In this document: piece by piece, positions 36,401-51,300 of the stretch
How the letters are laid out: every line of letters begins with the position of its first letter
Numbering within the stretch: the first letter of the stretch is position 1
Source: Bugula neritina
Taxonomy: Eukaryota > Animalia > Bryozoa
Assembly (NCBI GenBank): GCA_964035545.1
Contig: OZ037766.1
Span: forward strand, 12,886,722 to 12,950,721
Direction of reading: 5' to 3'
Length of the DNA: 64,000 nt
Translations under genes and position numbers: made by a program
The notes under the pieces: generated by a model
What the model saw: the letters and a program-made list of their open reading frames with translations, nothing else
Told to the model about the DNA's origin: nothing
Database searches by the model: none

Positions 36401-39400
36401 GCTGAAATCTTGATGTCTGTGTAGAACTTAGTTGAAACCTGTAGTTAGTTATCTATTAAAAGCTCTCCGTTTACACGGAATTTCATTATACATATTTTTC
36501 GATCGGTATTTTTTATAAAATTTTTTGTTGTACATTACTAATTTGAGTTGTTCAACCCACTTGCGCTGTACTTATCACACTCTTAGTCTGTGATTACATT
36601 TACACCTTCTTGTCACAGATAGGGGTGTTGCCTTGCAGCAGCCTGTATACATGCTGTGTTGTATAGCAACATCTAAACAAATGCTATGTTGACAGGTTAG
36701 AAAATACTTGGAATTCGAAAGTGGTCACGTAAACTTGTTGACACCGACTTATTTTATTACCTTCTTTTCCATGATAACCTTGCTGTAGGTTCTTCTCGTG
36801 CTTGTTTTAGACCTGAAGCTATGTCACCAGCACCACTGCAAGCTCTTCAGCAGGGCTACAACCTTAAAAATAGTCTTTCACAAAGTATCTCACTGTTACA
36901 AGAGCATGTTATAAGTTTCAGCAGTCGACGGTCTGATGTGAAGCACGAGCTCGTACTTGCCGAACATGTCGCTGGAATTAAGGTAGTAGGATTTATACAC
37001 GTTCTTTGCACATTAAAGCATCGATATTGTGATTTCTGGTTGCAGTGTTTACATGAGTGAAAACTGTAAAAGTTTAGGGATGATTTTTCAGTTGAAATCA
37101 TTACAAATAATAATGTAGGTTAATATTAATTTAATCCTTTCCTAACCATGATTAGCCACGATGAGGATCTTTGTATAATATTGATGATAAGCCAGTGTGA
37201 ATTTTGTGTATTTGTTTAAAATTTAATATCCTGTTTGTCCGCAATTACTCTTTGTTATTCTGAGACACTTTGAAAGTTCTTCCCGTTGTTTTAGTGGAAA
37301 TACTTTCATAAGTTGACAGAATTGATGAAGGGACACAGGAGAGGCGAACTGACAGTCTTTACTGGCTCCACCGGCTCTGGAAAGACTACTTTTCTCAGTG
37401 AATACTCCCTGGACCTCTGCTCAAGTGGGGTGCGACTTTGTGGTCAAGTTATTATTAATGATGCTGTTTTTGGTGTAATTCTTGTGCTTAAGCTATGTAG
37501 ACTTAACTTTAATCCTCCAATTGTCAGAGAAAGCTTCCTGCTGAAAGTTTTGCCGTGTTCACGATGGCGGCAAAGTTTATTTGCATTCTCTTGTGGTTGT
37601 GCTAGCATCAAGATTTGAAAGTTAAGTATTGTTTGAAAATAAAAACTCAGGCAAGTTTATAGTCACCATTCCTGTGAGAAAACCCCATGATGGAAAGGGT
37701 TTTTGTTAAATCGGGCTAAGGACTTATTCAGATGGCGCACAGGAGCAATTTTGACTGGATGCTCTTTCTAACATCACCTATGGCCTTTGTCGGGTTTGAA
37801 CCCATAACTAGACTACGGCTGCTCCCTCATTGTTTAAACATTATAGCAGCTTCATAAGTTGGTTTCTACATATTATAAAGATGTGTCATCCAATGTATAG
37901 TAGCTGATGAGTATCTTATGCTTTAGTTTGTTTGTTTGAAGGTGAATACATTATGGGGAAGTTTTGAGATTACGAACATTAGGTTAATGAAGACAATGAT
38001 TCAACAGTTTGCCAGGTTTGTCTTTATATCTACATCCATGTGCACATATAGTGAGAAGACAAATATATGTTGTGTAACTTAATATTGCTGAATATACTAA
38101 TGTGGGTTTTGTGGATTATACTAAATCATTATTTTTGAAAATACCTGCAATATATCATGGGTTTCTCTCCATTTTGACCAAAATATAAATTTCATATAAT
38201 TTTGTTATGGTATGTTTTATAACATGTTTAGCATATTTATGGAAAGCTTGCACCTGCTCAAGTTACTCTTTTCCTAGCATTCGTTTGCACTCCTACATTC
38301 ACATAATATGTGCCTGTCTGGTTTTTTGCCAAGAATGTTGAGAATTTAGGATTTCCATATCAACTTTCAAGTCCAAGTCGAGAACTTGCTATAATTTTTT
38401 TAAGAATGATTAAATATATTCCTTGTCATTTTAATTACTATAAATCCTTAGATTATACAAAAATATTAAAAAAGGCGTAGATATAAGGTCATGCTATACA
38501 AAGTTAACTGTACTCATTTTAGAAAGGATCTCTCTCAGCATATAAGTGAATATGACGAGTGGGCCGACCAGTTTGAACTACTACCTATGTACTTTATGAA
38601 CTTTCATGGACAGCAAAACATACGCAAGGTCATTGAGGTCAGTCAGCAATACTTAGACATCCGATAGCCATGATTCTATGGCTTCACATTTTCTTTAAAC
38701 AAACAGTACAGCTTTTAATATTTCAAATGAGATACAATACCAGTTTTTGTCTCATAGACATAATACAAATCAAAAAATTTTCGGTAATAGTTTGTCATTG
38801 CTCCCAGCTATAATTTATTTTGACAATAATTTTTTACTATTTTGTTGCAGACATACTATATACATTAAATGCCACTAAATGTAATATTTTTGTGAGTTTT
38901 GAATCAATTTGCACCCCTAATTTGCCAATGTGTATTAAATAAAGTAAAATAACCCATTTGTGACTTTAGGCTGAAATGTTCATTTTTTAAAGGAAAAAAG
39001 AAAACAAATTCAGCAATGTGTTCCCATAATTCTATTTTTCCTTAGTTCTTTAGCTAATCCAATTATTTCATTTTCCTAAAATAAAATTATGCTCGGCACC
39101 TAACTAGTTGTTTTAATAAACTTTAGATTACATAACAGTGTTAATTTGTGCTTCTTTGAGGAAACTATTATATTCATGTTGTTCGATTGCACTAACTTGA
39201 ATATAATAGTTAACTATAACTAACATTGTTAAATTTTAATTCACATTATTTATTTGCTTTAGTTGAAAACTATTAAAAATGGTTTTTACTTCGTTTGTTT
39301 TTTGTCTACTAATATATCCTTGACACTATAAATTTGAAATCATATTCTAATATAACTTGCAGACCATGTCACACGCTGTGTACATCTATGACATAGCCCA

Positions 39401-40459
39401 TGTCATAGTCGACAATCTACAGTTCATGATGGGCTCGTTGGACTCGAGGTACGATCGGTTTAGTAAGCAAGACGAAATAGTCGGCATTTTTAGACAATTC
39501 GCCACAAAGATGAACTGCCATGTCACATTAGTTATACATCCACGCAAGGTACGGGTTTTACACTTGTGTTTTAATTTTGTCCTTTAATATGAAATATTGA
39601 CCAGCTCATATGCGACATTGATGAGTAATATACAAGTTGATGGTTATTTAGTACAGTTTTGGGTTGATTTTTCAAACTATTTGTTTAATATTATTTTACC
39701 TGCTGTTACCATTTTTTATAAGTCTAAAGGAACCATTTCTAACTTTCTACCATCTTTGGTATTAGTAATATCAGTTGTAAAAATACGGGTGGGGGTCATA
39801 GTCACCCCCTCTTCCTGTGGTGCTAGCATTTGATCCTGTGCTGTGAATTGTTTAGGAGGATGGAGAATCTCTCAGTACTAATTCTATATTTGGCGGTGCA
39901 AAGGCGTCACAAGAAGCAGACAATATTCTTATATTACAAACACATAAAGGGACTAGTTCAACTTATAACAAATATTTGCAGGTAGTTCAAACTCCAAATT
40001 ATTAATCCATTCTGTATAACCAACCAATCTCTCCCATCCTCAGGTCACAAATTACTATGGTATCAGTCATCGTACCTCCTAACAAGGATTATGTTGACAA
40101 TTGGTGTGCACGTTTTTGAAATTGAAATGATGCACTGTTGCTACTATTTTTATTTCTTCCAGTGAATTGGTTTAATAAATATAAATATGATTCTGAATCT
40201 AACTAGGAGGCTTAAGATAGAGATTTAAGCTTCGAATTGATTTCACGGTTGTAATAATTCAGTGCTATATCATTTTTATGATTTGCTAATACCTTAGATC
40301 ACTAAGAATAGATTTGATGGAACACTGGGCTCTATGCGTCTGAAGTTTGATAGATCTTGTAAAAGTTTTGCCTCCAAGTCTAATGGTTCTTCTAGAATAT
40401 CATCAAATGATGGTGAAACTGAAAGTGGTGAAAAAACTGACTACCCAACAGCTTGGTAA
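33442..40459 (+). CDS. TWNK: Twinkle mitochondrial DNA helicase (SF4), 13 coding exons
   Basis: Exons 33442-33697, 34276-34384, 34501-34624, 35069-35238, 35804-35957, 36276-36397, 36811-36982, 37295-37429, 37942-38015, 38523-38637, 39363-39548, 39856-39981, 40298-40459. Features include a presequence-like N terminus, YINKTTG/CANC, GLFGWP, Walker [61 protein letters not shown] and KNRFDG. AATAAA at 40615-40620. Confidence 0.96.
37670..37830 (-). mobile_element. SINE-like element in Twinkle intron 8, with short related fragments at ~9594-9623 and ~19515-19543
   Basis: The core atggcctttgtcgggtt(c/t)gaa occurs at three sites. On the minus strand a B-box-like GGTTCAAACC is followed by gatgttagaaagagcatccagtcaaaa, which resembles the V-SINE central domain (from recall, not a search). 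Confidence 0.5.
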
Positions 40460-42342
40460 TTTTTATATTATTTACAATTTAGTCAGATTTATATTTTTGT
40501 TTTTCTAATCATTGTTATACTAGAATACAGCATATTGTGACTAGGGATTTCGTTGTTGGTGTAACTAATTAATGATGCTGATTTTCTATATTTTTATGTA
40601 TTCCGTATTATTAGAATAAAGAAGATAGTTGTTATTAACATATTTTGAGTTATTTCACATGTAAATCAAAGTCAATAGTCACTCAAAGGCAACTGGCTAT
40701 GAATAAATTCAGTAGTTCTTTGTCATAAACTATGGACATGCTGACACCTGCCAACAAATGCCAATTTCTAATTACTGGTTATTTCTAAATCATGTGTGTC
40801 TCATTGCCTCATCTTTGTGTTGAAACCAAGATTTTGTTGGAGCACGCCAGCTTGTGGAGCATAAATGTATGCTCGGAAATATAAATTTCTTTTTCTGACT
40901 TCTGGTATTTGAAACTATAAATTAAACTGGAAATTCAGTTTCACCTCTATATTGAGCCCAGTACGTTTTCAACTTAATGATTATTAATGAAGCACAATTG
41001 TTTCATATATTATTAGAAAATTTTCTCAATGTGTTTTCCCATTTTAATTGTTTGAGCATCATATACATATACTGTTTCACTTTTACAGTCACTATTATAC
41101 GCAACAGCCTGCTTTTCGATTTACTACACCAGCGTAATCAATTAGCCTAAATGAAAGACGATTTTGTGCAAATTCTACTTCATTTCTTAGGACTTAGGTT
41201 AGCAAGTCATTTACAAACTGGTGAGTAAAAATAGTTTTAATGTTGAAAGATTTGGAAAAATCACATAAGTATAGAGTTATATAAATATTAGTTGAACTTA
41301 AAAGGCCGGATTATAAAATCAATTAATTTTTCTGTTACTTTCTTTATATCAAGAGTGGAATAGTAAAAATTGTATATAAATTATATATAAAAAATGAAAA
41401 GTTTAATTTCAAAAATAAAAAAAATAAATAAAAACTTTCAATACTCTTGTTACTTTATATAATATAATGAATAATGTGTTGAATATATGCAGATTGGAAA
41501 CTGTGCAATAGATGGTTTGTTTTAATTCATAACTAGATAACTATAAGTTTGTTAAATGGTTCTTTGTGACATCTTTAGCGTTTGTAAATCTTTGATGAGA
41601 AATGTTGTGATGTCGGCCTCTATCGATTATGTATTAGTTTTTACATTGCCTAGCCACTGCACCTCTGCCAATAAAAACACAGTAGAATCATTCAATATCA
41701 TTTAAGCAAAGAGCTATAAACTTCAATTAGAGTAGATCTTGTATGTGGTTCAAATAGATTGAAATGTTCTGATTAAAATGAGTTTGGTTTTATGATCTTC
41801 ATTACTACTTGATTCACAAATTATAGATGTGCATTTCTTGTTGAAACTCAACAATGCTAATATTTTCAGGTTTATGTTTAGTTAAATTGAGTATTTTGTG
41901 TTGGAAAAGTCAATGGCAAATTATTGTTTTTGAAAGAAGGAAATGATATGAATGCAAATTTATTTTATGCAACTAATTTTAAAGATACGTTTAACTACTT
42001 TCTAAAACATAATGAAAAACACCAACGTCTATTCACCAAGGTTTTTCTTAAGGCATTGCCCACATACTTGCACCTTTTTTGCTAGGTATTAAAATGCTGT
42101 TTATTTGCTTTAAATTATGGCATAAAACAAAAACTTAATGCACTATGTTCATTGGGGTAGACAGTAATGCAAACTTTGTATTGGCATTGAACCCTGACTG
42201 TGACTTGCAAATAGAAGTTTTTTAGGAGCTCAAATAAAGATTTTGTTTTGTACATTGACTATTCATTGACCTTTACTGGCAGAAAAAAATTATTTTGAAA
42301 ATTTAGCAAGCAGTTGAATAACCCCAAACTTACAGGTAGTCG

Positions 42343-45300
42343 TTAAGTTGTGTCTTGAGATTCAATAGTGGTTTCTACTTGTTTTTCTGCAGTTGTTGAA
42401 TGAGCAGCTCTAGTTAATTGTGTCTTGTGTGTTGTCAACTCTGGGCTGAGTGTCGGGAATTCAATAGTTGTTTTAATTTGTTCTTTAGTAGTCAAATCAC
42501 TACTTTCTGTGGATTGTGATTTGTATGTTGTCAATTCTGTAGTTGTTTTTACTTGTTCTTCTTTAGTGGTTAAATCACTGCCTTCTGTCGATTGTGTTTT
42601 GCCTGTTGTGGACTTTGGGTTGAAGGTTACTGGTTCAGTGGTTATTTGTACTGTTCCTTCTTCAATTGTCAAACCACTACCTGCCGTCGATGATGTTGCA
42701 TCTGTTGTCAATTTAGTTGTTGTTCCTGCTGGTCTTTCTTCAGTTGTAGAATCACCACCTTCTGTCGATTGGAATTTTTTTGTTGTCGAGTCTGATTTGA
42801 CTGTTTGGGGTTCAGTAATTGTCTCTACTGGTTTTTCTTCAGTTGTTGAATCACTAGCTTCGGTCGATTTTGTTTCAGTGGTCGTGGAGTCTGAGCTGAG
42901 TGTTGAAAGTTCAGTAGTTGTTTCCACTGGTTCTCCAGTTTTTAAATCACTAGCTTCTGTCGATGATGGTCTTCCTGTGGTCTGTTCAGTAATTGTTTCT
43001 GCTTGTTCTTTAGTGGTTAAATCACTACCTTTCGTTGGGAATGTTATTTCTGTTGTCAATTTAAGAGTTGTTGCTACTTGTACTTCTTCAGTTGTTGAAT
43101 CATTACCTTCTGTTGTTGAATAACTAGCTTCTGTCGATTGTGTTTCGCCTGTTGTTGACTCTGAGCTGAATGTTGTGGTTTCACTGGTTGTTTCTACTGG
43201 TCCTTCTTTAGTTGCAGTATCACTACCTTCTGTTGATGATGATCTTTCTGTTGTCTGTTCGATAGTTGTTTTTGCTTGTTCTTCTTCAGTGGTTAAATCA
43301 CCACCATCTGTCGAGGATGTTATTTTTGCTGTCAATTCAGGGGTTGTTTCTGTTGTTTCTAATTCAGTTGTCAAGTCACTACTTTCTGTTGATAGAGTTT
43401 CGTCTGTTGTGAAATTTGAGCTGAATGTTGGTGGCTCAGTGGTTTTTTCCACTGTTTCTTCTTCCGTTGTGAAATCATTACCTTCTGTCGATGGTGTTAT
43501 TTCTGTTATCTGTTCAATAGTTGTTTCTGCTTGTTCTTCTTCAGTGGTTAAATCACTACCTTTTGTCGATGTTATTTCTGTTGTCAATTCAGGTGTTGTT
43601 TTTACTCGTTCTTCTTCAGTTGTTAAATCACTAGTTTCGTTCGATTGTGTTTCATCTGTTGTGGAATCTGAGCTGAATGTTGGTGACGAAGTGGTTGTTT
43701 CTTCTTCAGTTGTTGAGTCTCTAGGTTCTGTTGATTGGAATTTATCTGTTGTTGACTCTGAGCTGAATGTTGGGGTTTCAGTGGTTGTTTCTATTGGTTC
43801 TTCTTCAGTTGTTGAATCACTGCCTTCTGTTGATGATATTATTTCTGGTGTCTGTTCAACAGTTGTTTCTGCTTGTTCTTCTTCAGTGGTTAAATCACTA
43901 CCTTTTGCCGATGATGTTATTTCTGTTGTTAATTCAGTGGTTGTTTCTATGAGTTCTTCAGTTGTTGAATCACTCCTTTCTGTTGATGATGTTCTTTCTA
44001 TTGTCAATTCTGAAGTTGTTTCTGCTGTTTTTTCTTCAGTTGTCAAGTCACTACTTTCTGTTGATAGAGTTTCGTCTGTTGTGAAATCTAAGCTGAATGT
44101 TGGTGGCTCAGTGGTTTTTTCCACTGTTTCTTCTTCCGTTGTTAAATCATTACCTTCTGTCGATGGTGTTATTTCTGTTATCTGTTCAATAGTTGTTTCT
44201 GCTTGTTCTTCTTCAGTGGTTACATCACCAGCTTCTGTCGATTGTGTTTCACCTGTTGTTGGTTCTGAGCTGAAAGTTATGGTTTCACTGGTTGTTTCTA
44301 CTGGTCCATCTTCAGTTGTAGAATCGCTATCTTCTGTCGAGGATGGTATTTCTGTGGTCTGTTCAGTAGTTGTTTTTGCTTGTTCTTTTTCAGTGGTTAA
44401 ATCACTACCTTCCGTTGATGATGTTATTTCTGTTGTCAATTCAGGAGTTGTTTCTGTTGTTTCTTCTTCAGTTGTTAAGTCACTACTTTCTGTTGATTGG
44501 AATTTATCTGTTGTTGACTCTGAGCTGAATGTTGGAAGTTCAGTGGTTGTTTCTACTGTTTCTTCTTCAGTTGTTAAATCACTGCCTTCCGTTGATGATG
44601 TTATTTCTGTTGTTAATTCAGTGGTTGTTTCTATGAGCTCTTCAGTTGTTAAATCACTCCTTTCTGTTGATTGTGTTTCTTCTGTTGTGGAACCTGAGCT
44701 GAATGTTGTAGGTTCAGTCGTTGGTACTACTGATCGTTCTTCAGTTGTAGAATCACTAGCTTCTGCCGATGATGCTATTACTGTTGTCAATTCAGTAGTT
44801 GTTTCCACTGATTCGTCAGTTGTTACATCATCAGGTTCGATCGATTGTGTTTTTTCTGTTGTCAACTCTGGGCTAAATGTTGTATGTTCAGTGGTTGGTA
44901 CTACTGGTCCTTTTTCAGTTGTAGAATCACTAGCTTCTGTTGATGATGTCATTGCTGCTGTTGATGTTTGAGTGGTTGTCACAGCTGGATTCACAACGTC
45001 TTCGTATACTGATAATACGATCACAGGATCGGCAATCGCTGTAATAACAATGAATAGGAGTGCTCACCAACTAATCTCTTTGTGAAATTTCTATTTTTAC
45101 CAGCAGGCTTCACTTTCAAATGGTTTCCACTTAAGACGGTGAACTATCTGCTTGTTTTAAATTACTAAGTGCTATTTTGTATTATGTGTGGCTTACAGAT
45201 AGTAGTTGTTTTATTGACTGAGCAACCAAATAGGGGAGAAATTACTTTTGTAAACAAAAAATTACCTGTGACTGTAATCGAAGTTGGAATTACTGCAGGT

Positions 45301-48300
45301 GAGTAGTTTGGTAGGTTTATTATCACAGCTTGAACAGCCACTATGTTATCTGCTGGAGTAGCTCCTGGAACCGGAGTTGAAGTTGTTGCGAATACAACCA
45401 CAAAAATAACTATCACTGACCCCTCCCTACAAATATCAGAATACTTTCATCATTCATGTTGACTGGCATAGTAAGTTTATATAGAAGTAAAACATAATAC
45501 CATGAAAATTAAACATAATATAAAAACAAAAGCTTTCAATCATATTTTCTAGTTGTACTCGGTTATTTGGAAGTCAACAGGTCATTTTCAAGATTAATTA
45601 TTAAAACAACTGCTTATGGCTTCCAGTAGTTTACAAGTTAAGAAAATCTATGATTTTGTTCAACATCTAGTTGATTTAAGTCTGCTTGTAATGCAAAACT
45701 ATGCTATCTACTCTCAATCCCCCTCCCTATAAAATATTGACCAATTTGGTATATCAGAAGTCACCCTTCCTGTATATTTGGAAGTAACTTCAAATAATCA
45801 ATTTACACACATTGTTCAATATATTTTATATTATGTATGTGACTTGTAGCATATAGCGCTCTTTTGTTTGCTAATTTAGCTACCATTCATTTATGAAGTT
45901 TTCCTCTCTTTTAGTTTCATTAAAGTGTTAGCGTCTAGTATCAATAAAAAATATATTTGGTTAAATTTGCAAGCTGTATAGACAAATGGTATATGCATTG
46001 ATAAGTCAATCTTCTTTGCTTTTGATATGTTTATAAGTTGCGAAAATTGCATGCTCATTAAAAAGTTGGCTACTGCCACATTTCAAAGTTAAAATAGACT
46101 AAAACCTATATGTAATGGTAACTTGCAGGGTTCGTTTATACTAAAAACCATGCATCGTACATTAAAATGGCAATTTTTTTATTGAAGAATAAAGAAAGTA
46201 TATAACTATACAGATTGAGTCGTGAATGTTTTGAACTGGAAAATAAACTTGATCTATGTGCTTATCATTATAGCTAATCTTATTTAGCTATTAAATATTA
46301 ATTGATCATATTGACAACTCACTTTGTATTTCAAAACATGTTTTGGCTCTGTAATATGACTTGAATCAAGTTGATCAATCAGCAATTACTTATTGAGATA
46401 CTATTTTAGAAATAAACACCTACTCATTTAAAATAATACGTTGAAGTTTTTTATCTTAAAATACCCTGCATTTGTTTGTCCCCAATTATAAACAAAGCCA
46501 TTTAAATTCCACTATTATATTTCCACACTTACTGGAACTCATTCACAGCACATCCGGTGTACTCATCTGCCAGGTCAGAAGCAGCATATGTCTGGTCAAC
46601 TGCATCACAAAATTCAGCTGCTTCTCTCTTGAATACTTGGGAGTTTGGGTCACGTAGTTCAACCGAGAATGTTTTGTTTAATGTGGTTGAAGCATTGTAT
46701 GCATCTAAAACAAAATATGCACCATTGTAGCTTTTATTTGCTCCCTATTATCAATTATCTCATTAGCCAAACTGTGTTTATCCGGAGTAGAGGTAACAGG
46801 GGGGGGGGGGGAGGGGGTCACAATAGGCCAATTTTGCTATTATACTAGTTAAGCAATTCAGAGACGAGCAATGGCACAAATATCAGTAAAAACTAGGCTT
46901 GTCACCTTTGAGTTTGAAGAGTTATAAAGCTTTAATGACATCTCAAAAATTTACAAAGGGTAAGTAAAGGCAGATTTTGATGTATGTTCCGCAGAAGCTG
47001 AAAATACAATGGCTGAATAATTATGTTTTTGCGTTTTTATTAAAGAAAAAAATAACAACTTCAAGTCGATAAGTTCTCACAATTTGACTGGCTCTTTGTA
47101 CCCCTATGACTATTGTGCCCCGGTTACCCCTATTGTCACTAGCTCTGTGCTTTTGTTTTTTGACACATGATGTCATGAGCTTTTCTCATCTGTACCTTGT
47201 CCATAAGTTGTGTTACTCAAGAATTGATAATTAGAGATATCTAGCTGATATTTAATTTGATTGAAGAAGTCTACTATAATACCACATTGTTGTTACTTAC
47301 AGATTGCTTGCGAAGAAGTTGTGTTTTGTGTTGGAGAGAGAGTCGTTGTTTCTATTGGTTTTTCTTCAGTTGTTAAATCAATACCTTGTGTTGATTTTAT
47401 TTCTGTTGTCAATTGAGTAGTTGTTTCTATTGGTCCTTCTTCAGTTGTAGAAGCACCAGGTTCGATGGATTGTGTTTTGTCAGTTGTGGAATCTGAGCTA
47501 AATCTTGGAAGTTTAGTGGTTGTTTCCGCTGTTCCTTCTTCAGTTGTTAAATTACTGCCTTCCGTCGATTGTGTTTCGTTTGTTGTGGATTCTGAGCTAA
47601 TTGTTGAGGTTTCAATGGTTGTTTCTACGGGTTCTTCAGTTGTTAAATCACCAGGTTCAGTCGATTGTATTTCGTCTGTTGTCATTTCAGTAGTTGTTTC
47701 TTCGGTTGTCAAATCACTGGCTTCTGTCGATTGGAATTTATCTGTTGTTGACTCTGAGCTGAATGTTGGGGTTTCAGTGGTTGTTTCTATTGGTTCTTCT
47801 TCAGTGGTTACATCACTACTTTCTGTCGATTGTCTTTTGTCTGATGTGTACTCTGAGCTGAACGTTGGAAATTTGGTGGTTGTTTCTACGGGTTCTTCTT
47901 TGGTGGTAGAATCACTAACCTCTGTCGATTGGAATTTACCCGTTGTTGACTCTGAGCTGAATGTTGGGGTTTCAGTGGTTGTTTCTATTGGTTCTTCTTC
48001 AGTGGTTGCATCACTGCTTTCTTTCGATTGTGTTTCACTTGTTGTGGAATCTGAGCTGAATGTTGGAAATTTGGTGGTTGTTTCTACTAGTTCTTCTTTG
48101 GTTGTAGAGTCACTAACTTCTGTCGATTGGAATTTATCTGTTGTTGACTCTGAGCTGAATGTTGGGGTTTCAGTGGTTGTTTCTATTGATTCTTCTTCAG
48201 TTGTTAAGTCTTTACCTTCTGCCGATGATGTTTTATCTGATGTCATTTCAGTAGTTGTTTCTACTGCTTTTTCAGTTGTAGAATAACTAGCTTCTGTCGA

Positions 48301-51300
48301 TTGTAATTTATCTGTTGTTGACTCTGAGCTAAATGTTGGGATTTCAGGGGTTGTTTCTATGGGTTCTTCTCTAGTTGTTAAATCACTACCTTCAGTCGAT
48401 TGTGTTTCGTGTGTTGTGGAGTCAGGGCTGAATCTTGGAAGTTCAGTGGTTGTTTCTGCTGTTTCTTCTTCAGTTGTTAAATCACTGCCTTCTGTCGATG
48501 ATGTCAATTCAGCAGTTGTTACTACTTGTTCTTCAGTTGTCGAACCATCAGGTTTGGTCGATTGTGTTTCGTCTGTTGTTGACTCTGAACTGAGTGTTGG
48601 GGTTTCAGTGGTTGTTTCTACTGGTTCTTCAGTTGTTAAATCCCCAGGTTCAGTCGATTGTGTTTCCTCTGTTGTCATTTCAGTAGTTGTTTCTTTGGAT
48701 GTCAAATCACTGGCTTCTGTCGATTGGAATTTATCTGTTGTGGACTCTGAGCTGAATGTTTGGGTTTCAGTGGTTGTTTCTATTGGTTCTTCTGCAATGG
48801 TTGCATCACTACGTTCTGTCGATTGTGTTTCGTCTGATGTGTACTCTGAGCTGAACGTTGGAAATTCGGTGGTTGTTTCTATGGGTTCTTTGGTGGTAGA
48901 ATCACTAACCTCTGTCGATTGGAATTTATCCGTTGTTGACTCTGAGCTGAATGTTGGGGTTTCAGTGGTTGTTTCTACTGGTCCATCTTCAGTTGTAGAA
49001 TCGCTGTTTTCTGTCGAGGATGGTATTTCTGTGGTCTGTTCAGTAGTTGTTTTTGCTTGTTCTTTTTCAGTGGTTAAATCATTACCTTCCGTTGATGATG
49101 TTTTTTCTGTTGTCAATTCAGGAGTTGTTTCTGTTGTTTCTATTTCAGTTGTCAAGTCACTACTTTCTGTTGTTTGGAATTTATCTGTTGTTGACTCTGA
49201 GCTGAATGTTGGAAGTTCAGTGGTTGTTTCTACTGTTTCTTCTTCAGTTGTTAAATCACTGCTTTCCGTTGATGATGTTATTTCTGTTGTTAATTCAGTG
49301 GTTGTTTCTATGAGCTCTTCAGTTGTTAAATCAATCCTTTCTGTTGATTGTGTTTCGTCTGTTGTGACATCTGAACTGAACGTTGGAAGTTCAGTGGTTG
49401 TTTCTACTGGTCCTTCTTCAGTTGTTGAATCACTGGCTTTTGTTGATTGGAATTTATCTCTTGTTGACTCTGAGCCTAATATTGGGGTTTCAGTGGTTGT
49501 TCCTATTGGTTCTTTTTCAGTTGTTAAATCATCCCCTTCTGTTGATTGTGTTTTGTCTGTTGTGGAACCTGAGCTGAATGTTGTAGGTTCAGTTGTTGGT
49601 ACTACTGATCGTTCTTCAGTTGTAGAATCACTAGCTTCTGCCGATGATGCTATTACTGTTGTCAATTCAGTAGTGGATTCTACTGGTTCTTCTTCAGTTG
49701 TTGAACCACCAGGCTCAGTTGATCTACTTTCTGTCGATGATGTCATATCTGTTGTCAATTCAGGAGTTGTTTCTGCTTGTTCTTCTTCAGTTGTTAAAGC
49801 ACTCCGTTCCGCCGATGATGTTGTTTCTGTTGTCAATTCAGTAGTTGTTTCCACTGATTTTTCAGTTGTTACATCATCAGGTTCGATCGATTGTGTTTTT
49901 TCTGTTGTCAACTCTGGGCTAAATGTTGTATGATCAGTGGTTGGTACTACTGGTCCTTTTTCAGTTGTAGAATCAATAGCTTCTGTTGATGATGTCGTTG
50001 CTGCTGTTGATGCTTGAGTGGTTGTCACAGCTGGATTCACAACGTCTTTGTATACTGATAATACGATCACAGGATCGGCAATCGCTGTAATAACAATGAA
50101 TAGGAGTGCTCACCAATTAATCTCTTTGTAAAATTTCTATTTTTACTAGCAGGCTTCACTCTTGAATGGTTTCCATTTAATAAGACGGTGAACTATCTGC
50201 TTGTTTTAAATTAAAAAGTGCCATTTTGTATTATATTTGGCTTACAGATAGTAGTTTTTTATTTTATTGACTGAGCAACCAAATAGGGGAAAAATTACCT
50301 TTGTCAACAAAAAATTACCTGTGATTATAATTGAAGTTGGAATTACTGCAGGTGAGTAGTTTGGTAAGTTTATTGTCACAGCTTGAACAGCCACTATGTT
50401 ATCTGCTGGAGTAGCTCCTGGAACTGCAGTTGAAGTTGTTGCAAATACAACCACAAAAATAACTATCACTGACCCCTCCCTACAAATATCAGAGTACTTT
50501 TATCATTTATGTTGGCTGGGATAGTAAGTTTATATAAAAGTAAAACATAATACCATGAAGATTGAAGATAATGTAAAAACAAAGCTTTCAATCATATTTT
50601 CTAGTTGTACTCGGTTATTTGGAAGTCAACAGGTCATTTTTAAGATGAATTATTGAAACAGCTGTTTATGGCTTCCAGTAGTTTACAAGTTAGGAGAATC
50701 TATGACTTTGTTCAACATCTAATTGATTCGAGTTTGTTTGTAATGCAAAACTATGCCATCTACTCTCAATTCCCCTCCCTATAAAATATTGACCAATTTG
50801 GTATATCAGAAGTCACCCTTCCTGTATATTGGAAGTAACTTCAAATAATCAGTTTACACACATTGTTCAATATGTTTTATATTATGTATGTGACTTGTAG
50901 CATATAGCGCTCTTTTGTTTGCTAATTTAGCTACCATTCATTTATGAAGTTTTCCTGTCTTAGTTTCATTAAAATGTTAGCGTCTTGTATCAATAGTGAA
51001 TATATTTGGTTAAATTTGCAAGCTTTATAGACAAATAATATGTGCATTGATAAGTCAATCTTATTTGCTTTTGATATGTTTATAAGTCGCAGAAATTGCA
51101 TGCTCCTTAAAAAGTTGGCTACTGCCACATTTCAAAGTTAAAATAGGCTAAAACCTATATGTAATGGAAACTTGCAGGGTTCGTTTATACTAAACACCAT
51201 GCATCGTTTATTAAAATGGCAAATTTTCTTTTATTGAAGAATAAAAACAATATAGAATTATACAAATTGAGTCGTGAATGTTGTGAACTGGAAAATATAC

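Noticed and set aside
37904-37930. Second hammerhead (CTGATGAG)
   Set aside because: No stem II and GAAA follow.
5861-40459. Prokaryote-style Argonaute-helicase defence operon
   Set aside because: These are spliceosomal eukaryotic genes and Twinkle is an ordinary mitochondrial helicase. Adjacency alone is no evidence of shared function.
45165-45426. Hydrophobic VIVIFVVVF as a signal peptide or TM helix
   Set aside because: It is the beta strand that follows the SEA GSVxV motif.
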